Below, piece by piece: positions 10,165-18,752 of a stretch of DNA of 64,000 nucleotides. Below the pieces are notes generated by a model. That model saw only the letters and a list, made by a program, of their open reading frames with translations. It had not been told where the DNA came from and ran no database searches. The stretch spans positions 32,001 through 96,000 of IMG/VR virus record IMGVR_UViG_3300047323_000304; one strand, 5' to 3'. The translations under genes were made by a program, and so were the position numbers. The DNA is from a virus. Each line of letters starts with the position of its first letter. Within the stretch, counting starts at the first letter, position 1.

Positions 10165-10310
10165 TGGGAGATTACTTAGCACAAAGAATTATAGATGGAG
10201 CATTTACTTATAACTTTGTAATAAGCAAAAAAACAAATCTAAAAACTGAAATAGATGCTTATTTAACTGAAATGGAAAGAATTGATTTAATAACAACTGC
10301 TACACCATAG
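10164..10310 (+). CDS. Small phage protein (48 aa), below ORF-track cutoff
   Basis: GGAGG RBS, GTG start overlapping previous stop: MGDYLAQRIIDGAFTYNFVISKKTNLKTEIDAYLTEMERIDLITTATP. Confidence 0.65.
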   Translation: MGDYLAQRIIDGAFTYNFVISKKTNLKTEIDAYLTEMERIDLITTATP

Positions 10311-10400
10311 GATTAGAAGATAGGGCGTAGAAAAATTAAAGATAAAATAAATAATAAACAAAAGATGGACAATATTTAAATACAGAAAGGAATTAAAAAA

Positions 10401-11096
10401 TTGAGAAACATAATAAAAACTTTAGCAATTACTTTTATAATAGTGGGTAGTATAATATTGGTTAAAAGTAGTCCAGTATTTGCGAGTGAAGGCGCATTAA
10501 TCCAAACGGAAGTAAATACAGATTTTCAAAATTCAATCATTTATACAAGTACAACAAGAAGTGCTGTTAATATTGGACAAGTATTTAATGTAGGATTAAA
10601 CATTAATAATGTACAAAATATTTCGGCAGAAGATATAACTGTAAAATATGATAGTGATATATTGAATTTTTTAGGAGTATCAAATGTTAATGATGGATTT
10701 AGTATTATATCACAAACTACTGGAAGTGCAGTAGCTATTACTACACCTAGTTCAATCAGATTTATAATAATAAGTAATGGTTCAGTAATTAATTCACAAC
10801 AAGATATTTTACAATTAAATTTTCAATCAGTTACAACTGGTTGTGGAGTAATATATACTGAGAATGGTAAGATTACTGATGGAACTACTATGGAAAGGAA
10901 ACTAACCGCAAGTGAAATGGGTGGATGTATAATTGCAAAACATTTAGGCGAAAAAGCAGATTGTAACACTGAATATACTATGGATTTGGTCTGTGATGGT
11001 ATAATAGATGAAAAAGATTTAGAAAAAGCAAAAGAATGTTTGTTATGTAATTCAAACTATAATGATTATGAATGTAACAATGCACGAATAAATTAA
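10401..11096 (+). CDS. Secreted cohesin-domain protein with degenerate dockerin-like tail
   Basis: Signal peptide; GQVFNVGLNINNVQNISAEDITVKYDSDIL..F cohesin-like strand pattern; C-terminal DLVCDGIIDEKDL loop. Confidence 0.6.
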   Translation: MRNIIKTLAITFIIVGSIILVKSSPVFASEGALIQTEVNTDFQNSIIYTSTTRSAVNIGQVFNVGLNINNVQNISAEDITVKYDSDILNFLGVSNVNDGFSIISQTTGSAVAITTPSSIRFIIISNGSVINSQQDILQLNFQSVTTGCGVIYTENGKITDGTTMERKLTASEMGGCIIAKHLGEKADCNTEYTMDLVCDGIIDEKDLEKAKECLLCNSNYNDYECNNARIN

Positions 11097-11286
11097 AGAT
11101 AAGTTAAAATGGATTTTTTACTGGAAGTTTGAGAAGTTGACATAATGTTATTAAAGTGGGTTAAACTTAGGTATTACTTTATATGAGACTACTTACCAAA
11201 ATAATTATTATGTCACTCAATCATTGTTTGGAACGTAATTTTGAGTGTAGTAATTAACTCAATAATCAATAGAAACAGTAATTCTA

Positions 11287-11318
11287 AAGGCTTGGTTGAA
11301 ATATATCAAGCCTTTTCT
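11287..11318 (+). terminator. Intrinsic terminator upstream of endolysin
   Basis: AAAGGCTTG...CAAGCCTTTT. Confidence 0.6.
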
Positions 11319-11349
11319 CATGCAAATTTTAAAAATAAATTGAAAGAAG

Positions 11350-12252
11350 ATGATTTATAAAATGGGAAAATATATAATTTCTGTTGGTCATACTGCATCA
11401 GGAAACTTAGGTAGTGGTGCTAGTGACTTACTAGATGAATCAAACTGCACTAGAGAGATTTCTCCATTGGTAGTTAAGTACCTTCAAAAAGAAGGACATG
11501 AAGCATATTTATTAAGAGTTGATAAAAGTAATTCTTATAATTTTGAAGATTGTTATGTCCGTGCAAATCAAGCTAACGATATTGGTGGAGATTTGTTCGT
11601 GGAGATTCACTTAAATAGTGGAAAAGAAAGAACAGGTGACGGTGTTGAAGTATGTGTTAATAGTGCAAGTGGAAATACTTCAAACGTAGCACAAAGAGTT
11701 GTAGATAGATTATCTAATGTATTAAATATTGATAATCGTGGATTAAAAGAAGAAAAGCTTATTGTATTAAGAAAAACTAACATGCCAGCTATATTAGTAG
11801 AGTGTATGTTTGTTGATACAAATAATATTAACAACTATAATGCAGATGTTATAGCTAAAGCAATTGCCGAAGGTATTCTTGATAAAGATATCAATACAAA
11901 ACCAGTTCAAGGTTGGAATAAATCTAAAGATGGTACTAAATGGTGGTATTGTACAGATGTAGATAATGGGTATTACTATAAATCAGAATGGAAATTTATT
12001 AATAGTGAATATTATTCATTTAATGATAAAGGCTATGCGAAACAATCAGAATGGGAACTTTATAAAAGTAAATGGTATTATCTAAAAGATTCATGTAAGA
12101 TGGCTAAAACTGAATGGTTATGGATAGATGGAGAATGCTATTACTTCTTTTCTGATGGTATCATGGCTAGTAATATTTTAACACCTGATGGCTATACTGT
12201 TTGCAGTGATGGTTCATGGGACGAGTCTATTCCAAGAAAAATAATAAAATAA
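11350..12252 (+). CDS. Endolysin: N-acetylmuramoyl-L-alanine amidase (Amidase_3) with wall-binding repeats
   Basis: SVGH..., DES, FVEIHLNS, PAILVECMFVD zinc-amidase motifs; C-terminal W..YY repeats. Confidence 0.92.
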   Translation: MIYKMGKYIISVGHTASGNLGSGASDLLDESNCTREISPLVVKYLQKEGHEAYLLRVDKSNSYNFEDCYVRANQANDIGGDLFVEIHLNSGKERTGDGVEVCVNSASGNTSNVAQRVVDRLSNVLNIDNRGLKEEKLIVLRKTNMPAILVECMFVDTNNINNYNADVIAKAIAEGILDKDINTKPVQGWNKSKDGTKWWYCTDVDNGYYYKSEWKFINSEYYSFNDKGYAKQSEWELYKSKWYYLKDSCKMAKTEWLWIDGECYYFFSDGIMASNILTPDGYTVCSDGSWDESIPRKIIK

Positions 12253-12309
12253 AAATAAAAATAAATAAGTTATGCCTAACCTTAAAGGCAATTTTAGGGA
12301 GGAATTAAC

Positions 12310-13107
12310 ATGGATATTAATCAAACATATCAACAAATTATTGGAGAAATCGGAACACTTATTACTATTTTTGCACCTTTATTAACAGCTTATAAACTTG
12401 CTTTGGCACTTGGATTAGACAACTATATTGAAAGTAAAATAAGTTTAATTAAAGATGATAATTTAAGAAAAATTGCAGAAAACATAAAAATAAGAGTTGA
12501 AAATATAACAGTAAATACTATAACTATGATTGAAGCAGTTGAAAAACCTATTATTATTGAAAGTATTAAAAATGGTTCAATGACCAAGGATGATTTGATA
12601 AGTTTAAAAGCTAAAGCTGTAGAAACTATAAAAAATCAATTAACAACTGAAGGAAAAACTGATTTACAAAATACAGTTGGAGATATTAATTCTTATTTAG
12701 ATACACTTATTGAAGCGAAATTAGCAGATTTAAAAGTTAATGATTCTTCAAGTATATCAAAAACAATTTTACCAGAAATCATTACACCTGTTGTAGATAC
12801 TACAGAATTAACTAATGCTAATGTGCAATTACAAGCAGATAAAGATAATTTAACTGCACAAGTAAATCAAATTGCTAATGATAAAGCGAGTGTTGAACAG
12901 GCTAATCAACAATTATTAGTTGAAAAACAACAACTTGAAGCAGATAAACAAGCTTTACAAAGTAAGTTGGATGTTATAAATAATGCTATAGCTACAGCAA
13001 ATATTAGTAATAATATGTCAGCTGGTGGGATTACAGTTAATAATAATGATGCAACTAATATTATGAATGGTATTACTAATACTGCTAATCAAATAACTAC
13101 AATGTAA
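12310..13107 (+). CDS. Holin-like protein (LL-H-like) with long coiled-coil extension
   Basis: Single N-terminal hydrophobic segment; YLDTLIEAKLADLK motif; adjacent to endolysin. Confidence 0.5.
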   Translation: MDINQTYQQIIGEIGTLITIFAPLLTAYKLALALGLDNYIESKISLIKDDNLRKIAENIKIRVENITVNTITMIEAVEKPIIIESIKNGSMTKDDLISLKAKAVETIKNQLTTEGKTDLQNTVGDINSYLDTLIEAKLADLKVNDSSSISKTILPEIITPVVDTTELTNANVQLQADKDNLTAQVNQIANDKASVEQANQQLLVEKQQLEADKQALQSKLDVINNAIATANISNNMSAGGITVNNNDATNIMNGITNTANQITTM

Positions 13108-13227
13108 TAAAATAAAAAGAATAATATTGCTATAAAATTAAGATTTTAACAACTCTTTATGCTTGAAAATGGAAGTATTTAAGAGTATGAATGAGAATAC
13201 TAGAGTTGAAAAATTGAACATTTTTGA

Positions 13228-13263
13228 AAAGACCGAGGAATTTTATTTCTTTGGTCTTTTTGT
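13228..13263 (+). terminator. Intrinsic terminator after lysis genes
   Basis: AAAGACCGAGGAA...TTCTTTGGTCTTTT. Confidence 0.6.
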
Positions 13264-13383
13264 TATGTGAAAAATTAACCACGCTCCTTCATTTAAAGGA
13301 GTGATACTAAATTTATTTTAATGGAGTTCACCTATATGGTGGATTACTAAAAATAAATTATATGATGAAAGAAGGAATTTATA

Positions 13384-14526
13384 ATGAACAAAGAACAAGA
13401 AATTATTAAAAAAGAATTTGAAGGACAAGAAGTAGCTTTTAGAGAAACTGATGGAGTAAGTGAATGTAGGATTAATGAAGTTGCTAAATTTTGTGGTTGG
13501 ACTACTATTGCGAAAAGTGGAAATGAGGTAATAAGATGGGCAAGAGTTAAGGAAAAACTAGAATTATTAGGCGTTGCCAATGTTGGCAATGGTGATTTTA
13601 TACCTGAAAGTATTATGTATCCACTTATCGGAATGGCAGATTTTAAGAAAAATGAAAAAGCTAGAGAATTTATGATTTGGGTAGGACAAGTATTAGTTGA
13701 AATTAGAAAACATGGTGCTTATATCTCTAATAATGAAGAGATTGTAGATCAAGGATATATAAAATATACATATGGACAATTAAAGAATACATTTGCTAAT
13801 TGTCCTATAGAAAGTTTGTCTGAAACATATGATGAATGTATGGATTGGCATAAGAATAATAAAACAAGAATTCCTTTTGCAAATAATTCTAAACGTAGGA
13901 AAGACGCAACACATTCTCATAGTGATAGTAAAATTATGATTATGCAAAAAGTTATATCTGTATTAGAAGACAGAAACTTATTACTTTGTGAAAATTCTAA
14001 ATTTGGATTAATAAGTGAAGTAGATAACACTATAAAACAAATTAAAGATAATATAAAGAAACAACACAATATTAGTAATAGGGGTGTAATAGCAAATAAA
14101 ACTAAGAAAATAAATAAATTACAAGATGAAGTAAATTATCACAATCCTAACTTAGATGACTTTTTAGAACTTCCTATTCACGGTTTTAGTGTAAATTATA
14201 TGTTTACAAATTATATTTATAATGGTGAATTACGCACAAGAAAATCAGATAGTTACAAGATATGGATAGAAAGATTTCCAAAAGATTTAGTGATAGATGC
14301 TTTTAGTAATATAGATTTAAATAGGCCAACAAAGTTGTGGTTGAAGTTTGATTGTATTGAGTCTATGGATGTAGATAATATGGTAAAAAGTATTCAAGAT
14401 GAAATTTCAAGAGTAATAGGTGATTCTGAAGATAATAACATACAACTTGGTTCAGTTGAAGTGAATAAAAGAGTTAAGAATTATAAAGAAGGAAGAATTT
14501 ATATATTGTTAAAAAATATTGAATAA
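13384..14526 (+). CDS. Antirepressor-like N-domain fused to RusA-like nuclease domain
   Basis: N-term CGWTTIAKSGNEVIRWARV...FIPES...EIRKHGAY; C-term FSVNYM...DVDNMVKSIQD...EDNNI matches RusA DxDNxxKxxxD. Confidence 0.6.
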   Translation: MNKEQEIIKKEFEGQEVAFRETDGVSECRINEVAKFCGWTTIAKSGNEVIRWARVKEKLELLGVANVGNGDFIPESIMYPLIGMADFKKNEKAREFMIWVGQVLVEIRKHGAYISNNEEIVDQGYIKYTYGQLKNTFANCPIESLSETYDECMDWHKNNKTRIPFANNSKRRKDATHSHSDSKIMIMQKVISVLEDRNLLLCENSKFGLISEVDNTIKQIKDNIKKQHNISNRGVIANKTKKINKLQDEVNYHNPNLDDFLELPIHGFSVNYMFTNYIYNGELRTRKSDSYKIWIERFPKDLVIDAFSNIDLNRPTKLWLKFDCIESMDVDNMVKSIQDEISRVIGDSEDNNIQLGSVEVNKRVKNYKEGRIYILLKNIE

Positions 14527-14581
14527 AATAAATTATAAAAATGGAGGATTAATTCCTCCTAATTTTAAGGAGAGATTTATT

Positions 14582-14764
14582 ATGAAAAATGAAGAAAGAA
14601 AAGTAATGTTTATATACAATATCGAACAAGTCTCATTTTATATTAGTCAAGGATGCAGACCAATTGATACGGGAGTTCACCCACAAACTAAAATGGTATG
14701 GAATAAATTCTATAAGGATGAAACAGAACAAGCTTATAACTTATGGATGAATAGAAATAGGTAG
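14582..14764 (+). CDS. Small DUF5659-like protein
   Basis: AAGGAG RBS before ATG 14582; FIYNIEQVSFYISQGCRPIDTGVH...F...TEQAYNLW pattern. Confidence 0.5.
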   Translation: MKNEERKVMFIYNIEQVSFYISQGCRPIDTGVHPQTKMVWNKFYKDETEQAYNLWMNRNR

Positions 14765-14797
14765 ATAGAATATTATGATGAAAGAAGGAATTAATTT

Positions 14798-15694
14798 ATG
14801 ATGAAAGACAAGTTTACTAAATTGCCAAATGACATGATTAAAGGAGATTTTGATTTGAACTCAAAAGAATTAACAATAGCTACAATACTTTTAATGACTA
14901 GGAATGGAAAAGATGTATGTATGTTTACTTTAAAATGGTTGTACGACATATTAAACATAGGTGCTAAAAATACATATAGTCAGAATGAAGTCAAAAAGAC
15001 ATTAAAGATGTTTGCTGATGAAGAGTTATTCTTCTATCATGACAATATATTTTTAGATAATGAGAAAAGTATAGATATTGATTCTATAAGTAAGACAGAT
15101 TTAATATTTGCAGAATTATATCATGATATGCGTGATAGTTTTACTATGTTAATTGATAATGATATAAAACAAATTATAAAACATAGCAATGAAAATAAGA
15201 TTGATACATATTCTCTATTAACTACATACACATATGTCTGTAGTTGTATAAACAATAATGAACAATGTGAAGATTATTTATTATGTTTTCCATCACTACT
15301 TAATATAGCTGATAGTGTAAATATTGCAGAGAAAACAGTATTAAAATACATAAATATACTTAGAGATTTAAACATATTTGTATTTGATTATGCAGGTTAT
15401 AAGGTATTAGCTGATGGAAAAGTAAAGAATGGAAAGATGTTTTATACAAGAGTTGGAAATGAAGAAATATTACTACAAAGACTACAAAAAGAAAGACAAG
15501 AACATGGATATTATAATATAAGTAGAAGACTAAAAGATAAAGGTAATCTTAAAAGATCATTAAAGCAAAAGATAAATGACTTGGAAAAGAAAGCTAGTAT
15601 TAATCCTATAGAGATAGAAGAATTAAAATTAATAAAAGAAGAATATAAAGAACTAAGCTATGAAGAAAAAGAAAAATCCTCCAGTAAGCTTTAG
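14798..15694 (+). CDS. Replication-initiator-like winged-helix protein
   Basis: FTKLPND N-terminus; CFPSLLNIADSVNIAEKTVLKYINILRDLNI wHTH; direct repeats downstream. Confidence 0.5.
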   Translation: MMKDKFTKLPNDMIKGDFDLNSKELTIATILLMTRNGKDVCMFTLKWLYDILNIGAKNTYSQNEVKKTLKMFADEELFFYHDNIFLDNEKSIDIDSISKTDLIFAELYHDMRDSFTMLIDNDIKQIIKHSNENKIDTYSLLTTYTYVCSCINNNEQCEDYLLCFPSLLNIADSVNIAEKTVLKYINILRDLNIFVFDYAGYKVLADGKVKNGKMFYTRVGNEEILLQRLQKERQEHGYYNISRRLKDKGNLKRSLKQKINDLEKKASINPIEIEELKLIKEEYKELSYEEKEKSSSKL

Positions 15695-15778
15695 CGAAAC
15701 TGTAAATTCATCTTCTTATTAGTCTTTCTTCTTCTTAGTATATCTTGTTAGTTAGTCTTATTGTTACACTTTACTGGG

Positions 15779-15863
15779 TTATGCATTTAGTATAACAATT
15801 GAAACGTTGATTTATGAAAATAACTTTATCTTGGAATGTCAGTTTATGCTTTTAGTATAACAA
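15779..15863. repeat. Pair of 20-bp direct repeats (iteron-like)
   Basis: TTATGCATTTAGTATAACAA (15779-15798) and TTATGCTTTTAGTATAACAA (15844-15863), 19/20 identical. Confidence 0.7.
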
Positions 15864-15936
15864 CTCAATTCTCTATTTATACTATTTTCATAAATTGAAG
15901 GTTAAAGACAAAATAAATTAAATAAGGGGCATTAAA

Positions 15937-16239
15937 ATGAGTGGAGTTTATATATTAAATAATATAAGTAAAAACAAGTCTGATAAGCTATATGTAAAAA
16001 TAGGGTGTAGCAAAGATATTTCAAAACGTGTATCTCAAATAAGAAGTTCATTTAGGTTTAATGGTAACTTAGATGAACTTTCTTTATATAAAACTATAGA
16101 ATGTAAAAACTATAAGGGCTTAGAGAAAATTTTACATCAAATAATGAAATCACGAAAAATAACTAATGAGTGGTTTCTTACCGAAGAACAATTTCTAGAA
16201 TGTAGATTAGATATGGTTGATTTATCAAGGTATAACTAA
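15937..16239 (+). CDS. GIY-YIG superfamily (T5orf172-like) protein
   Basis: GVYIL...YVKIGCSKDISKRVSQI...LEKILHQI...RKITNEWF. Confidence 0.8.
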   Translation: MSGVYILNNISKNKSDKLYVKIGCSKDISKRVSQIRSSFRFNGNLDELSLYKTIECKNYKGLEKILHQIMKSRKITNEWFLTEEQFLECRLDMVDLSRYN

Positions 16240-16469
16240 ATAAATTAAAAAGAATATAAAAAGATTGGAAAGTAAAAATCTAGTCTCTTTTTATCAATAA
16301 ATTAAAAATAAAGTTCACGTAAAATAGTTATTTTAAATCGTCTAGTACACAAATTAATAAAGGAAAGGAGAATTATATATAGGTTTAATAAAAAACTCAT
16401 TTTTAACCAAAAACAAATTTAAACAAAAAATAATAATAACTTAAAGCAATATAAGAGGGGGTTTAACAA

Positions 16470-17897
16470 ATGTCAATAAATAAATTAAATTTTAAAGAAG
16501 GAGATGTAGTTACTCAAGAAGTGTTTGATATTATAGATGTAAATATGACTAATGTTCAAGCAGATATTATAAACAATACAAATCAATTGACAGATATAGA
16601 AAATAGAATTACATGGATAAGTGTAAAAGAAAAAGTATATGGAGCAAAAGGTGATAGAACAACAGATGATACAATTGCTATACAAAATGCCTTAGATATG
16701 GCTTCTGTAAGTGGTGGAGGAACTATATATTTTCCACAAGGAGTTTATTTGATTTCAAGTAAATTAATTATAGACGGGAATTGTAGCTTAATTCTAGATA
16801 ATGATGCAGTGATAAGAGCTACTTCGTCTATGGATTGTATGATAGGATACAATCTGAATGGAAGTAATTCACACATATCAAGAAATAGAATAATAAGTGG
16901 GGGAAAACTTGATGGAAACAACTTAGTTAACGATTTATTACAATTAGCATTTTACATAGGTTTAGATTTACATAATGTAATCTTTTATAATTTTAAAAGA
17001 TATGGATTACACACCCAAGCAGTTACAGGTTCGTCTGCCGAATTAATAGGGAACAAACTATATTTTAGAAATCAAAATGTTGCATTAGGTGCTATCGCTA
17101 TTTATAATCTTTCCAATGATAACCATTTTAATGATATTGTTATACTTGATGTAGAAACTGCAATGGTTACAAACTTTGTAAAAGCTAGTAAAATACACAG
17201 TTGGATAAGTCTTGTAAGTTTAATTCCTAATTCTACATTTGTTAGTTTGCTTAGTAATGCTGGTGGTTCTTCATTTACAGATTGCTACTCTGATACTTTG
17301 AGATATACTTTTAAAACCGTTTCAAGTTCAGCGTCAGCCATTTCCATTAGAGGTCTTAATGTATTATGGAATAAAATTATATATACAGATGCTTTAGCAA
17401 CAACGTATTCTCCAATAATTTTTAAAGGAGATACAAATATGGCTTACAATGTATCAGGTTCAACATTTAATATTAGTTTAATAAACACATATTTTTGTGA
17501 AGTTGCACTGTCATCTACAAGAGTAGCAATATTCAGGGATTGCTTTGTTGAAATTAACTCTACTGGAACAATAATAAATTATACTCCAACCAATTATGAA
17601 TTTGAAATTGCAAAAAGTACAACTTTATTAAAGATTGGAACAGCTTTAAGTTTGTATACAGATGCACCATGTGGAGAATATTTAATTGGAGATATTTCAA
17701 TGTATACTGGTGCGCCATCAGGTGCTAGTGGAGTATACATACTTGAAGTTGCAAAGACTCCAACCTTTTATATTCACAAATTATATCCTCAACCATCAAA
17801 TGTTTCTGGAACATCAGGATTTATATATTATAGATTTTGTACTCCATCAAACGGTTGGTTTACTTCATGGAATAAAGTAGCAACTATAACAATATAG
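16470..17897 (+). CDS. Tailspike-like beta-helix protein (pectate-lyase-3/GH28-related)
   Basis: YGAKGDRTTDDTIAIQNALD...GGTIYFPQGVYLIS motif followed by beta-helix repeats. Confidence 0.8.
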   Translation: MSINKLNFKEGDVVTQEVFDIIDVNMTNVQADIINNTNQLTDIENRITWISVKEKVYGAKGDRTTDDTIAIQNALDMASVSGGGTIYFPQGVYLISSKLIIDGNCSLILDNDAVIRATSSMDCMIGYNLNGSNSHISRNRIISGGKLDGNNLVNDLLQLAFYIGLDLHNVIFYNFKRYGLHTQAVTGSSAELIGNKLYFRNQNVALGAIAIYNLSNDNHFNDIVILDVETAMVTNFVKASKIHSWISLVSLIPNSTFVSLLSNAGGSSFTDCYSDTLRYTFKTVSSSASAISIRGLNVLWNKIIYTDALATTYSPIIFKGDTNMAYNVSGSTFNISLINTYFCEVALSSTRVAIFRDCFVEINSTGTIINYTPTNYEFEIAKSTTLLKIGTALSLYTDAPCGEYLIGDISMYTGAPSGASGVYILEVAKTPTFYIHKLYPQPSNVSGTSGFIYYRFCTPSNGWFTSWNKVATITI

Positions 17898-17933
17898 TAT
17901 ATAATAGTATATGATGTAATATATTATAAATTA

Positions 17934-18506
17934 ATGTATGGAGGTTATTGTATGGACAAACATAACTTGGAGGTATATATAAAGATGGATTTACTTAGGT
18001 ATGGGGAAGATACATCAATCAAAAAACTTATTTCTACACTAATAAAGAAATCAGCATTTAGATTTATATATGTGTTTAGAAAGTGCCAATATCATATAAA
18101 TAGGAATAAAATAAGATTTATAATATATAAGTTTTTCTTAATTAGATATAAATCTAAATATGGATATCAAATACCCATAGATGTGAGGATAGGTAAAGGC
18201 ATGTTAATAGACCATCTGGGTAGTGTAATTATTAATAAAGATGTGATAATTGGTGATTTAATAACTATTAATAGTAGTGTGACAATAGGACAAACAAATA
18301 GAGGTTTAAAAAAAGGAAGTCCGACAATAGGTAATAAAGTTTGGATAGGTGCTAATGCAGTTATAGTGGGGAAAATTGTAATAGGCAATAATGTTTTGAT
18401 TGCTCCGAATTCCTATGTAAATACAGATGTTCCAGATAATTCTGTTGTTATAGGAAATCCAGCTAAAATAATTCATAAGGAAAATGCTACTGAAGGATAT
18501 ATTTAA
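17934..18506 (+). CDS. Hexapeptide-repeat O-acetyltransferase (CysE/WcaB-like)
   Basis: IGKGMLIDHLGSVIIN...VTIGQ...PTIGNKVWIGANAVIVG.I.IGNNV.IAPNS.V..DVP..SVV.GNPAKII. Confidence 0.9.
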   Translation: MYGGYCMDKHNLEVYIKMDLLRYGEDTSIKKLISTLIKKSAFRFIYVFRKCQYHINRNKIRFIIYKFFLIRYKSKYGYQIPIDVRIGKGMLIDHLGSVIINKDVIIGDLITINSSVTIGQTNRGLKKGSPTIGNKVWIGANAVIVGKIVIGNNVLIAPNSYVNTDVPDNSVVIGNPAKIIHKENATEGYI

Positions 18507-18527
18507 AATAAGATAATTAATATAAAA

Positions 18528-18562
18528 AAGACTAGATTTAAAATTAAAAATCTAGTCTTTTT
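18528..18562 (+). terminator. Strong intrinsic terminator
   Basis: AAGACTAGATTT/AAATCTAGTCTT 12-bp stem + T run. Confidence 0.75.
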
Positions 18563-18752
18563 ATTAATTGAAAATAAAAGTCAGAATAAATGATTGATTT
18601 TATTCATGCACAACCACTTAAAATTCGTCATTTACTAAACAGTTACCTTCATAAGATTTATTAAATTATAGTAAATCTTTAAAGTGAATTATGTAAATGT
18701 GTTAGCTAGATATTCATAGATTAACAAATTAAAAAAAGAAAGGGGAGATAAT

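Noticed and set aside
13277-13310. CTCCTT-hairpin resembling an IS200/IS605 end
   Set aside because: No tnpA/tnpB or partner end nearby; could be an ordinary leader hairpin
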